Positions 1 to 9,551 of a stretch of DNA of 64,000 nt are shown here, in pieces. Under the pieces are notes generated by a model. The model saw only the letters and a list, made by a program, of their open reading frames with translations, did no database searches and was not told where the DNA came from. A program made the position numbers and the translations under genes. Source of the stretch: an uncultured Chloroflexia bacterium. Its GTDB lineage: Bacteria > Chloroflexota > Limnocylindria > Limnocylindrales > CSP1-4. The stretch's first letter is position 1, and each line of letters starts with the position of its first letter. The DNA lies in the NCBI GenBank assembly GCA_963738685.1, contig CAVTXK010000002.1, forward strand, positions 1,204,809 to 1,268,808. Direction: 5' to 3'.

Positions 1-562
1 GCGGCAGGAGGATCCCGGACAACAGGAGCAACGGGAACAACAGGGTCTGCTGGACCAGCCAGAACAGGTACTCCTGGCGCTTGACCGCCATCGCGAGCGA
101 GTGTGACAACGCCCCGAGCCCGACCCCGAACGTACCGAGGATCAGCAGCCCGATCGCGATCCCGACCGGATGGAGCTGGAAGCCGAACGGCGTCACGAGC
201 GCCACGATGAGCAGCGCCTGGAGGGTGAGTGGCACCACCTCCTTGAGCGCCCGACCGATGAGCAGCGACGAGCGGTCGAGCGGCGTCACGAGGAACCGCT
301 CGAACGAGCCGACGCGCAACTCGTCGAGCAGGTACGCGCCGGCGACGGACGTGCCGAACAGGCTGACCATCACGATGATCCCCGGGACGAACCATTGCCA
401 CGTCGACGCACCGCCGGCCCCCGGCATCCCGGCCAGCAGCGGGCCGTACAGCGTGAGGAACACGAGCGGCTGGAGCACGCCGAAGATGAGCGTGAACGGG
501 TCGCGTGACATCGGGCGGAGTTGACGCCCGAGGACGATCCCGGTGTGGTTGGCGAGCATCAT
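1..562 (-). CDS. ABC-2 type transporter permease (partial, runs off the window start)
   Basis: Minus-strand translation from ATG at 562 gives MMLANHTGIVLGRQLRPMSRDPFTLIFGVLQPLVFL..., a typical ABC-2 permease N-terminus. The ATGA start overlaps the stop of the upstream ATPase. There is no in-window stop, so the ORF track does not list it. Confidence 0.6.
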   Translation of the reverse strand, partial: MMLANHTGIVLGRQLRPMSRDPFTLIFGVLQPLVFLTLYGPLLAGMPGAGGASTWQWFVPGIIVMVSLFGTSVAGAYLLDELRVGSFERFLVTPLDRSSLLIGRALKEVVPLTLQALLIVALVTPFGFQLHPVGIAIGLLILGTFGVGLGALSHSLAMAVKRQEYLFWLVQQTLLFPLLLLSGILLP

Positions 563-1572
563 GACGCGACCTCCAGGGTCTGAGCGGGCTGGGCTGGCTT
601 GATCGATTCGGCGACGATGTCGCCGGCGTCGCGGAGACTGCGACCGGTGAGCTCGAGGAAGACGTCGTCGAGCGTCGGGCGCTTGATCTCGGCGCTGACG
701 GCGTTCAGGCCGGCGGCATCGAGCGCGCGGAGGAGCCGTGGAAGCGCGGTCGCCCCGCCGACCGTCCGCAGCCGGACGATCGACCCGTCGACCGCCGTCT
801 CGCGAGCCGCCACGATCCGCCCCGCGACCTGGGCGGCACGCTCCGCCTCGACCGGCTCGTTCATGCCGATCGTGATGAGGTCGCCCGCCATCCCGGCCTT
901 CAGTTCCTCCGGCGTCCCGTCGGCGATGACCCGGCCTTCATCGATGATGAGCACGCGCTCGGCCATCGCGTCGGCCTCCTCGAGGTAGTGGGTCGTGAGG
1001 AAGATCGTCGTCCCGTGCTGCTCGCGCAGCCGGACGAGGTGCTCCCACAGGTTCGCTCGGCTCTGCGGGTCGAGCCCGGTGGATGGCTCGTCGAGGAACA
1101 GGAGGCTCGGCGCGTGGACCATGCCGATCGCCACGTCCAGCCGCCGCCGCTGGCCACCCGACAGCGTCGACGCCTTGCGCTTGGCGAGTGACGTGAGCTC
1201 GAGCGAGTCGATGAGCTCGTCGGCCCGAGCGGCGGCATCGTGGCGGGCCAGCCCATAGCTCCGGCCCTGGGTGACGACCTCGTCACGGACCAGCTGGTCG
1301 TCGGCCGCGCCGTGGCCCTGCCCGACGTATCCGATGCGCCGCCGCACCCCGGCCGGTTCGGCCATGACGTCGAAGCCCGCGACCGTCGCCGTCCCCGAGG
1401 TCGGCATGAGCAGCGTCGTCAGCATCCGCAGGCTGGTCGACTTCCCCGCGCCGTTGGGGCCGAGGAAGGCCACCAGCTCACCCTCGCCGACATCGAGGTC
1501 CAGGCCACGGACCGCCTCGACCGTTTCCTTCCCGACCCGGAACTCCCGGGTCAGTCCTTCTGCGTGGATCAC
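559..1572 (-). CDS. ABC transporter ATP-binding protein
   Basis: Walker A GPNGAGKST, signature LSGGQRRRL and Walker B LLFLDEPSTGLD are present. GTG start with GGAGGTG RBS (VIHAEGLTREF...). The long ORF 559..1719 is an N-terminal over-extension. Confidence 0.85.
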   Translation of the reverse strand: MIHAEGLTREFRVGKETVEAVRGLDLDVGEGELVAFLGPNGAGKSTSLRMLTTLLMPTSGTATVAGFDVMAEPAGVRRRIGYVGQGHGAADDQLVRDEVVTQGRSYGLARHDAAARADELIDSLELTSLAKRKASTLSGGQRRRLDVAIGMVHAPSLLFLDEPSTGLDPQSRANLWEHLVRLREQHGTTIFLTTHYLEEADAMAERVLIIDEGRVIADGTPEELKAGMAGDLITIGMNEPVEAERAAQVAGRIVAARETAVDGSIVRLRTVGGATALPRLLRALDAAGLNAVSAEIKRPTLDDVFLELTGRSLRDAGDIVAESIKPAQPAQTLEVAS

Positions 1573-1665
1573 CGTGCACCTCCGCTGGTCTTGTGTGTCT
1601 GTCGAGCCAACGCTACGATGCATTGCGGACAGTTTCTGGCCGGAATATGAGCAAAGGTTCGAGTC

Positions 1666-2625
1666 ATGGCGAACACGAGCACGCGGATGTTGCGGCTGCT
1701 GTCGCTCCTGCAGACGCATCGGTACTGGACAGGGGGCGAGCTGGCCGAGCGGCTCGAGGTGAGCGAGCGGACGGTCCGTCGCGACGTCGACCGGCTGCGT
1801 GACCTCGGCTATCCCGTCGACGCCAACCGCGGCGTGGCGGGCGGATACCAGCTGGAGGCCGGCGCCGCGCTTCCGCCCCTCCTGCTCGAGGACGACGAGG
1901 CCGTGGCGATCGCGGTCGGGCTGCGTCAGGCGGCCGGCGGCGCCGTGCGGGGCATCGAGGAGACATCGATCCGCGCCCTGACCAAGATCATCCGGATGAT
2001 GCCGCCGCGGCTACGCCGGCGCATCGATGCGCTCGGCGACTACACCGTTCCGGCCGTGTGGGCCGGCGGGCCGACCGTCGACGCCGACGCGCTCACGGTC
2101 ATCGCCCAGGCCTGCCGGGACGACGAGCGCCTGCGATTCGACTACACGGCGCGCGACGGCGCCCGGGCCACGCGCCTGGTCGAGCCGAATCGGCTCGTCA
2201 CGTTGGGTCGGCGCTGGTACCTCGTCGCGTGGGACGTGGATCGTGCCGACTGGCGGACCTTCCGGGTCGACCGACTGACCGACCCGCGCTCGACGCGGTT
2301 CCGGTTCGAGCAGCGCGAGGTGCCCGGTGGCGATGCGGCTGCGTTCGTGCGCGCGGGGCTGAGCTCGATGCCCATGCGCTACCAGGTCGTGGTTGACGTG
2401 CGGATCGCGGCCGCGGACGTGGAGCGCGTCGTCGGCGACTGGGCGACCGTGGAGCCGATCGATGACGCTTCGTGCCGGATGCGCATGAATGTCGACGCCC
2501 TCGAGTGGCCGGCGATGGTCCTGGCCGCCGTTGGTGCGGACTTCGAGGTCGTCGAGCCGCCCGACCTGCGGGACTACGTGCGGCGCATGGGAGCATTGTT
2601 CGCGCGGGCTGCCGGCCCCGCGTGA
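1666..2625 (+). CDS. HTH + WYL domain transcriptional regulator (YafY/PafBC-like)
   Basis: N-terminal HTH (ELAERLEVSERTVRRDVDRLRDLG) and WYL motif RRWYLVAWDVDRADWRTFRVDRL. Divergent from the ABC-2 exporter. Confidence 0.8.
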   Translation: MANTSTRMLRLLSLLQTHRYWTGGELAERLEVSERTVRRDVDRLRDLGYPVDANRGVAGGYQLEAGAALPPLLLEDDEAVAIAVGLRQAAGGAVRGIEETSIRALTKIIRMMPPRLRRRIDALGDYTVPAVWAGGPTVDADALTVIAQACRDDERLRFDYTARDGARATRLVEPNRLVTLGRRWYLVAWDVDRADWRTFRVDRLTDPRSTRFRFEQREVPGGDAAAFVRAGLSSMPMRYQVVVDVRIAAADVERVVGDWATVEPIDDASCRMRMNVDALEWPAMVLAAVGADFEVVEPPDLRDYVRRMGALFARAAGPA

Positions 2626-2717
2626 GCCGCACCCCCGGGAGCCGTTGACGAGACGTTAACGGTTCGCCGGTAGGGTGCGCGCACTCACGCACGAAGTACG
2701 TACGAACGAGGAGATCG

Positions 2718-3134
2718 ATGGCCACCAACACCGAGGTCCTGCGCACGGTGCCGCTGTTCGCGGGGATGACCGACCGCTCGCTGCAGCGCATCGCCGAGCT
2801 GGCCCGCGAGACGAGCTATGAGTCGGGCAGCGTCATCGTCCGTGAAGGGGAGCCCGGCGAGTCGTTCGTCGTCATCATCACCGGCGCCGCCACGGTCGAA
2901 CAGGACGGACGGACGCTGACGAGCCTCGGTGCCGGCGACTTCCTGGGCGAGATCGCGCTGATCGACGGTGGCCCCCGGACCGCGACGGTCACCGCGACCG
3001 AACCGATCGCCGCGCTGGTCGTCGATCGAGCTGGCTTCCAACAGCTCATGGACGACCACCCCGTCGCGCGTCACGACCTCGTCAGCGCGCTGACCCAGCG
3101 GCTCCGCCAGCGGGCACCGACCCCGCTCGACTGA
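2718..3134 (+). CDS. cyclic nucleotide-binding domain protein
   Basis: cNMP-binding signature GDFLGEIALIDGGPRTATV; 138 aa stand-alone domain. Confidence 0.7.
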   Translation: MATNTEVLRTVPLFAGMTDRSLQRIAELARETSYESGSVIVREGEPGESFVVIITGAATVEQDGRTLTSLGAGDFLGEIALIDGGPRTATVTATEPIAALVVDRAGFQQLMDDHPVARHDLVSALTQRLRQRAPTPLD

Positions 3135-3166
3135 CCATTTCGGGTGGGTCCCGATATCCTGCAGCC

Positions 3167-3547
3167 ATGATCACCTCGATCCACACGCTCATCTATTCCG
3201 ATGACGCCGAGGCGACGCGTGCCTTCATGCGCGACGTGCTCGGCTGGCCGTCGGAACAGGACCCGGACGCCACGCCGCCGTGGCCGATCTTCCGAAGCGG
3301 ACCCAGTGAGATGGCCGTGCACCCGACGTCCGGCACCTACGAGGGCGACGCGTACAAGCACCCGCAGCACCACTCGATCGCGCTGATGTGCGACGACATC
3401 GAAGCGACCGTGGCTGAGCTCCGGACCAGGGGCGCCGAGTTCAACGGCGAAGTCGCGGACTACGGCTTCGGGCTCGGGATCGACCTCAAGGTCCCAGGAG
3501 CCGGCACGATGATGCTGTACGAGCCGCGCCACCCGACGGCGTACTGA
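3167..3547 (+). CDS. VOC family protein (glyoxalase/bleomycin-resistance fold)
   Basis: 126 aa, typical VOC length and pattern (HHSIALMCDDIEATVAELRTRGAEF). Confidence 0.65.
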   Translation: MITSIHTLIYSDDAEATRAFMRDVLGWPSEQDPDATPPWPIFRSGPSEMAVHPTSGTYEGDAYKHPQHHSIALMCDDIEATVAELRTRGAEFNGEVADYGFGLGIDLKVPGAGTMMLYEPRHPTAY

Positions 3548-3553
3548 GGGTCC

Positions 3554-4066
3554 TCAGGCCGACCGTTCGCGCTCGGCCGCCGCGGCTGCATCCCGTTCCG
3601 CGATGAGCGTATAGAGCCGGGCAGTGTGGCTCCCCAGCACCTCGCGGGTGCGCTCCATGAACTCGACGATGAGCTCCAGGTCCTCGTCGCTGTACTTCGC
3701 CATCGTTGCGTAACCCTCGTCGGCGAGCGGCCCGAAGACCGGTGCCCACAGCTCGTCGACCGCGGGTGTGACCTCCACCAGGACCTGCCGACGGTCGACG
3801 GTGTCGCGGATCCGCCGTGCGAGGCCCGCCGCCTCGAGCCGGTCGATGACCGCGGTGACCGCCCCAGACGACAGCCGGGCCGCAGTGGCGATCTCGCCCG
3901 CGGTCATCCGGCCGGCCCGCTGGACGATGTCGATCACCCGCGTGTCGGTCCGGTTCAGACCGCCGTAGGCCGCCAGGGCGTCGTCGAAGATGTCCTGATC
4001 GGTCTGCCAGCCCCGGATGGCCTCGACTCCCGCGGTCTGAAGTTCAGCTCTCGAACGTCTTGACAC
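3554..4066 (-). CDS. MarR family transcriptional regulator
   Basis: wHTH of MarR type (TAGEIATAARLSSGAVTAVIDRLEAAGLARR...DRRQVLVEVT). Divergent to the ABC exporter operon. Confidence 0.8.
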   Translation of the reverse strand: MSRRSRAELQTAGVEAIRGWQTDQDIFDDALAAYGGLNRTDTRVIDIVQRAGRMTAGEIATAARLSSGAVTAVIDRLEAAGLARRIRDTVDRRQVLVEVTPAVDELWAPVFGPLADEGYATMAKYSDEDLELIVEFMERTREVLGSHTARLYTLIAERDAAAAAERERSA

Positions 4067-4088
4067 ACAAATCTCTTAGTGACTAAGA
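4059..4088 (+). promoter_or_regulatory. Sigma70-like promoter (TTGACA, 18 bp spacer, TAAGAT) overlapped by a 15-bp perfect palindrome TCTTAGTgACTAAGA, a putative MarR operator
   Basis: Read directly in the AT-richer MarR/ABC intergenic region. The palindrome overlaps the -10 element. Confidence 0.4.
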
Positions 4089-4135
4089 TATCTCACGAAC
4101 CAAGACAAGCCTACACGCCGGGAGCTGCGACCGCC

Positions 4136-5117
4136 ATGACCCGCTATCGCCATCGCCACGCACGAGCTCGTCAAGGAGTACCCAGGTGCGGTCCGGGCCC
4201 TCGACGGCGTCACCCTCGAGGTCGAGACCGGCCAGGTCTTTGCCCTGCTCGGACCCAATGGGGCAGGGAAGACGACGACCGTCAAGATCCTCACCACCCT
4301 ATCGAAGCCGACCTCCGGCACGGCCCACATCGGCGACATCGACGTCGTGCGCGAACCGGGCCGCGTCCGCCAGGCCATCGGTGTCGTGGCCCAACGCGCC
4401 GGGGTCGACCCGACCGCGACCGGCCGCGAGAACATCGAGTTGCAGGGCCGGTTCTTCGGCCTCGGCGGGCGGCAGCTCCGCGAGCGTGTCGACCAGCTCC
4501 TCTCCCTCGTCGAGCTGACTGATGCCGCGGGGCGACTGGCCGGCACGTACTCGGGTGGCATGGCCCGGCGCCTCGACATCGCGATCGGCCTGGTCCACCG
4601 GCCCAGCGTGCTGTTCCTCGACGAGCCGACGACCGGCCTCGACCCCGAGGTCCGCGCCACGATGTGGGACGAGATCGGTCGACTCGCTACCGGCGAGGGG
4701 CTGACCGTGCTGCTCACGACGCACTACCTGGAGGAGGCCGATCGGCTCGCCGACCGGGTCGCGATCCTCGATACGGGCCGTGTCGTCGCGACCGGTACGC
4801 CGGACGCCCTCAAGGCCGAGCTGCGGGGCGACGCGATCGCCATCGAGCTCCGCGACCGGGCAGGGGAGCCCGACGTCCGCTCGGCGCTCTCGATCGTGCC
4901 GGGCCTCGGCGAGATCCGGCTCGACGATCGCATGGTCCACCTCCGCGTCGAGGCCGGCGCGACGGCCCTGCCCGGGGTCCTCGGCGCGTTCGATGCCCGC
5001 GGGCTCACGGTCGCATCCGCCACCGTCTCGCGCCCGTCGCTCGACGACGTCTATCTCCGCCACACCGGCCGTTCCTTCGCCTCGGCCGAGCGCACCCTCG
5101 AAGGAGCCCCCCGATGA
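4136..5117 (+). pseudogene. ABC transporter ATP-binding protein with a frameshift inside the first about 5 codons
   Basis: Walker A (LGPNGAGKTTT), signature (YSGGMARRL) and Walker B (LFLDEPTTGLD) lie in a frame that has TGA at 4137-4139 and no in-frame start before GTG at 4347. ATG at 4136 with a GGGAG RBS is in the +1 frame. Restoring one C in the ACCC run gives MTPAIAIATHELVKEY... Confidence 0.7.
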
Positions 5118-5887
5118 CCGCCGCTGTCGCCCATACCCAGGCCATCGCCACCCGCCACATCCGCAACTTCGCGCGACAGCCGTGGTGGATAGCGATCAGC
5201 CTCATGCAGCCGGTGATCTACCTGCTGCTGTTCAGCCAGCTGTTCAGCGCGATGGGGGCCTTGCCGGCCTTCGGTGGGTCCTACCTGTCGTTCCTCCTGC
5301 CGGGCGTCGTCGTGATGAGCGCCCTGTCGTCGGGCGGCTGGGCCGGCACGGCCTCGATCGAGGATATCCAGCGCGGCGTGATGGATCGGGTCCTCGTGAC
5401 GCCGGCTCGCCGCGGCGCGGTGATCATCGGTCACCTTGGTCAGCAGGCATTCATCATCGTGCTGCAGGCGGCCGCCTTGATCGTGCTGGGCATCCTGGTC
5501 GGGGCGCGCTTCGATGGCGGGGTCGCCGGTGTCGCGGCGATGCTGCTGGCATCGATCCTGCTGGGGACCGCCATCGGTGCCCTGTCGCACGCGATCGCGC
5601 TCCTGACGCGGACCCAGGAAACGCTCATCGCCGTCAGCCAGGGGATCATCCTGCCGATGACGTTCCTGTCGACGACCTTCATGGTCTCGGAGCTCATGCC
5701 CGACTGGATGGCGACCGTCGCCGCGCTCAACCCGTTGACCTGGGCGGTCGATGCCTCGCGTGCCGCGCTCGAGGGGCCGACCGACTGGAGCTACGTCCTG
5801 GTTCGTCTTGGCTGGCTCGCGATCTTCCTCGTCGTCAGCGTCGCGCTGGCGATGCGCGCCTTTGCCGCGTACCGGCGGTCGGTCTAG
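5114..5887 (+). CDS. ABC-2 type transporter permease
   Basis: ATG with AAGGAG RBS, ATGA overlap with the ATPase stop. Hydrophobic 257 aa protein (MTAAVAHTQAIATRHIRNFARQPWWIAISLMQPVIYLLLF...). The ORF 4664..5887 is an upstream over-extension. Confidence 0.8.
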   Translation: MTAAVAHTQAIATRHIRNFARQPWWIAISLMQPVIYLLLFSQLFSAMGALPAFGGSYLSFLLPGVVVMSALSSGGWAGTASIEDIQRGVMDRVLVTPARRGAVIIGHLGQQAFIIVLQAAALIVLGILVGARFDGGVAGVAAMLLASILLGTAIGALSHAIALLTRTQETLIAVSQGIILPMTFLSTTFMVSELMPDWMATVAALNPLTWAVDASRAALEGPTDWSYVLVRLGWLAIFLVVSVALAMRAFAAYRRSV

Positions 5888-6777
5888 GCGAGCTCCACCC
5901 CGGCGGCATTCGCGTCCTCGACGAGCGACTCGAGCGCCTCGTCCGTGCGGGCCGACTCGCGGACGAGGCCCATCACGCGACGGGCACCCGCTTCGCGATA
6001 CGCGACGAGCCGATCGATCCGCGCGGCGCCGGGCTTTCCGAAGTCGCCCCACCAGACGTGGATCGACACCGGCAACGTCGCGGGGTCGCGACCGATCTCC
6101 TCGCACCGTGCCCGGATCACCGGCATCGCCTCAACGACCTCGGCCGGTGACAGCCCATCGAGGTTCAACTCGTCGGCGTGGCGGGCCGCGAGGCGCCAGG
6201 TCACGTTCGGCCCGTTGCCGCCGACCATGATCGGGACGCGCGGTCGCTGGATGGGCTTGGGGACGTTGATCGCGTCGCGAACGCTCGAGTACTGGCCCTC
6301 GTACGTCGCGTGCTGGTGCTTGTCGCCGGCGAGCATCGCCGTGATGACCCCGAGGTCATCACCCAACCTGGCCAGCCGCTCCTTCGTTTCGGGGAAGCCA
6401 TAGCCGTAGGCGAGCCACTCGTCCTTCTTCCAGCCGGCACCGATCCCGAGCTCCATGCGGCCGCCACTGATGGAGTCCATCGTCGAGATCATCTTCGCGG
6501 TGAGCGCCGGGTTGCGGTACGCGGTGCAGATGACGATGTGGCCGAGCCGCACCCGCTCGGTCAGCGCCGCAAGGGCAGCGAGCGACGTGAACGATTCGAA
6601 GGTGATCTCGTCGGTCGGGCGGGGCACGGTGTGGAAGTGGTCGAACAGCCAGATCGAATCGAAGCCGAGGTCATCGGCCTGGTGGGCGACTTCCGTGGTC
6701 CGCCGCCACGCATCGAGCGGCTCCCAGCCGTCGTACTCGCCGGTCCATCCCTGGGGGACGATCAGGCCGATCTTCAT
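5884..6777 (-). CDS. LLM class F420-dependent oxidoreductase (luciferase-like monooxygenase family)
   Basis: Luciferase-like TIM-barrel signatures (DSIWLFDHF, GRMELGIGAGW); 297 aa. Confidence 0.8.
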   Translation of the reverse strand: MKIGLIVPQGWTGEYDGWEPLDAWRRTTEVAHQADDLGFDSIWLFDHFHTVPRPTDEITFESFTSLAALAALTERVRLGHIVICTAYRNPALTAKMISTMDSISGGRMELGIGAGWKKDEWLAYGYGFPETKERLARLGDDLGVITAMLAGDKHQHATYEGQYSSVRDAINVPKPIQRPRVPIMVGGNGPNVTWRLAARHADELNLDGLSPAEVVEAMPVIRARCEEIGRDPATLPVSIHVWWGDFGKPGAARIDRLVAYREAGARRVMGLVRESARTDEALESLVEDANAAGVELA

Positions 6778-7115
6778 CGCGGGCCAGCCTGTCCGAGCTG
6801 GACGACGGTCGCGCCGCCGAACGCCATGGCGTCGCCGACCTGATAGGTGTCGGCGATCTCGTTCCAGGCCTTGAAGCCCGGGTGATCGTCATGGGCGTGA
6901 TGCCCCTCGTCGCTCGAGAACACGGCGACGACGAGATACTGCGTCGCGCCGTCAACGGGCCTGGACGAGATGTCCAGCCGGTTCAGCGTCGCTCCGACCA
7001 GGAGGCCACGCGCCTGCAGGTCCTGCCAGACCGGGACCTCGTGCTCCCGAAACCCGGCCTCGAACTCGTTGACTCGATCCTGGCCCACGCTCAGGACCAC
7101 GGCCACCGTCTCCAT
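6774..7115 (-). CDS. hypothetical small protein (possibly an alpha/beta-barrel Dabb-like)
   Basis: 4-nt overlap with the LLM gene. GGAGG RBS before METVAVVLSV... Confidence 0.4.
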   Translation of the reverse strand: METVAVVLSVGQDRVNEFEAGFREHEVPVWQDLQARGLLVGATLNRLDISSRPVDGATQYLVVAVFSSDEGHHAHDDHPGFKAWNEIADTYQVGDAMAFGGATVVQLGQAGPR

Positions 7116-7231
7116 GTCGACACCTCCGGGCGCCATCATCGGCCATCGCGCTGCGGCATGTGGCCGGTGGTGCGGGACCGGCGGTAGAATCGGCCGTGCG
7201 GGACCGCGACGGCCCGCGAGGGGTGGTCGCG

Positions 7232-8438
7232 ATGTCCCGCCGAGCGGTGATATCGATCATGGCCAGATTCCTCCACGACCTCGACTTCCTCACGAGCGTC
7301 GGCCTCCTGGTCAGCGGCCTCGCGACCGCGATCACGGGCGTCGTCGCCGACCTGTGGGACCTCAACGACTTCTGGTATCACACGGTCTCGGGTTACGTGA
7401 TGGGGGGATTCGCGATCGCCCACGTGTGGCTCAACCGCGATCGACTCATCGGCTACGCGCGGTTCCGGTGGCGGTCGATCCGGGCGTCGCGATCGGCGGT
7501 GCCGGCAACCCGGCCCATGGGCGCCGCGGCACGGGCGTCACTGGCCGATGCCGACCCGGAGCCGGCCTCGCCGCTGGCCTGGCTCGGTCGAGCGGTCGTG
7601 TCGCGCCGAGGCCTGTTCGGGCTCGCGATCGGGGCGGCCGGCGGGACCATCCTCGGCCGGGGTCTGCGCCAAGCCCCACCGATCGAGGCGGGATCCGATG
7701 TCGGGGTCGTCTATCACCAATGGAGCAAACCGGGCATCCTGGACGCCCTCGGGTCGGTCGCGGACTGGGGCCAGCCGGTCGACCTCTACAAGCGCTATCT
7801 GAACGCGCCGACCGTCGCGCTCCCGACCGCCTCGCTCGACGACGAGCTGGACAGCGGGCCGGCGGCGGCACGGGCCATCGCAACGCGGCGCTCGACGCGG
7901 ACGTACGGGCCCGACCCGATCTCGATGGACGAGCTGTCTCGTCTCCTTTTCCTGACCGGCGGCATCACGGCCGACCTCCATGGCAACGCCCGGCGTGCGG
8001 CCCCATCCTCGGGAGCGCTGTATCCGGTCGAGATCTACGCGGTCGTGCACCGCGTGCGACGACCTCGACCCCGGCGTCTATCACTACGCGTACCGCGACC
8101 ATGCCCTGGAGCAGGTGCGCGCGGGCGATTTCCGGGCACACGTCGTCCAGCAGGGGATCGCGCAGGAGTTCCTGGGCGAGTGCGGCGTCGTCCTGTTCCT
8201 GACGATGATCCTCCAGCGGATGCGACCCAAGTACCAGGATCGGAGCTACCGGTACGGATTGCTGGAGGCCGGCCATGTCGGCGAGAACGCGTACCTTGCC
8301 GCCATGTCGATGGGCCTCGGGGCGTGCGGCATCGGAGCGTTCATGGATGACGCGATCAACGAGATGCTCGGCGTGGACGGCGTCGAGGAGGCGGCCGTCT
8401 ACATGCTCGCGGCTGGCAAGCTGCCGGCGGCGGCGTAG
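7232..8438 (+). pseudogene. SagB/ThcOx-type nitroreductase-family dehydrogenase with an N-terminal membrane domain; frameshift near 8055
   Basis: N-terminal TM segments (ISIMARFLHDLDFLTSVGLLVSGLATAITG..., HTVSGYVMGGFAIAHVWL). The nitroreductase fold is split between ORF 7160..8350 (RRSTRTYGPDPIS...SGALYPVEIYAVVHRV) and ORF 7980..8438 (DDLDPGVYHYAYRDHALE...GLLEAGHVGENAYLAAMSMGLGACGIGAF). Confidence 0.6.
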
Positions 8439-9536
8439 TGGCGATGGGCACGACCGTTCGGCGTCTGGCGCTCGCGCTGAGCGCGCTCCTGGTCCTCGCG
8501 TGCGGTTCGCCGGACGGTGCCGTGGTGACGGCGAGTAGCAGCGGTTCGGTCGTTTCGTCTGCGGCGGTCGCCACTGCGGCAAGCACGCCTTCGCCAGCCG
8601 CCACCTCGGAACCGTCCACCGATTCGACCGAGCCCACGGCGCTGCAGGTTCGCGAGTTCGATGTACCGGCCGGCTCCCATCCGCACGATGTCGCGCCGGC
8701 CGCCGACGGCGGAGTCTGGTACACCGGTCAGCGATCGGGCGTCCTCGGTCACCTCGATCCGGTGACCGGCGACGTCCGCGAGATCCCGCTCGGTGCCGGT
8801 TCGGCGCCACACGGCGTCATCACCGGCCCGGACGGCGCCGCGTGGATCACCGACAGCGGGCTCAACGCGATCGTCCGGGTCGATGGCACCACCGACGAGG
8901 TCCGGGCCTTCCCGCTGCCGGCCGACCGATCCGGTGTCAACCTCAACACCGCCGTGTTCGACCCGTCGAGGATCCTGTGGTTCACCGGCCAGTCGGGGGT
9001 GTACGGCCGACTCGATCCGGCGACCGGCGAAGTCGCGGTGTTCGACGATCCCGAGGGACGCGGTCCCGTATGGCATCGCGACCACGCCGGCCGGCGACAT
9101 CTGGTACGCGTCGCTCGCCGGGAGCCACATCGCCCACGTCGACCCGGCGACCCGTGCCGCCACGATCGTCGAGCCACCGACCGCGGGCCAGGGCGCCCGA
9201 CGCGTCTGGTCGGATTCGCAGGGCCGCATCTGGGTCAGCGAGTGGAACTCGGGGAAGGTCGCCGTCCACGACCCGTCGACGGGTGCCTGGGAGGAGTGGA
9301 CGCTGCCGGGCGACGGCCCGCAGGCCTACGCGGTCTATGTCGACGAGCGCGACATCGTCTGGCTGACCGACTTCGGCGCGAACGCGATCGTCCGGTTCGA
9401 CCCGGCGACCGAGACGTTCGACGCGATCGAACTGCCGAGCGCGGATGCCCAGGTCCGCCAGCTCCTGGGTCGACCCGGCGAGGTCTGGGGCGCCGAGTCG
9501 GCGGTCGACAAGCTCGTCGTCGTTACTGGCGGCTGA
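8438..9536 (+). pseudogene. Vgb family protein (virginiamycin B lyase-like beta-propeller lipoprotein); 1-nt insertion near 9057
   Basis: Lipobox LVLACGS. The GPDGAAWIT, WFTGQSGVYGRLDP and IWVSEWNSGKVAVHDP repeats match Vgb proteins. The gene is split between ORFs 8438..9562 and 8793..9536. Confidence 0.6.
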
Positions 9537-9551
9537 ACGAGCGGCAGTGGT

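Noticed and set aside
4664-5887. 407-aa ORF that looks like a large gene spanning the ATPase-permease junction
   Set aside because: Only its last 257 aa are hydrophobic permease sequence. The upstream 150 aa is an Arg/Pro-rich out-of-frame read through the ATPase gene, typical of high-GC artefacts. The real start is ATG 5114 with AAGGAG RBS.
5051-6106. 351-aa minus-strand ORF across the permease/LLM region
   Set aside because: Antisense to the ABC permease with low-complexity RG-rich translation. The LLM gene (5884..6777) is the real minus-strand gene there.
7232-9536. Possible TOMM/RiPP biosynthetic cluster suggested by the SagB-type dehydrogenase
   Set aside because: No YcaO cyclodehydratase, no E1-like partner, and no small precursor-peptide ORF nearby. 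The neighbours are a Vgb-like lyase and a glycosyltransferase.
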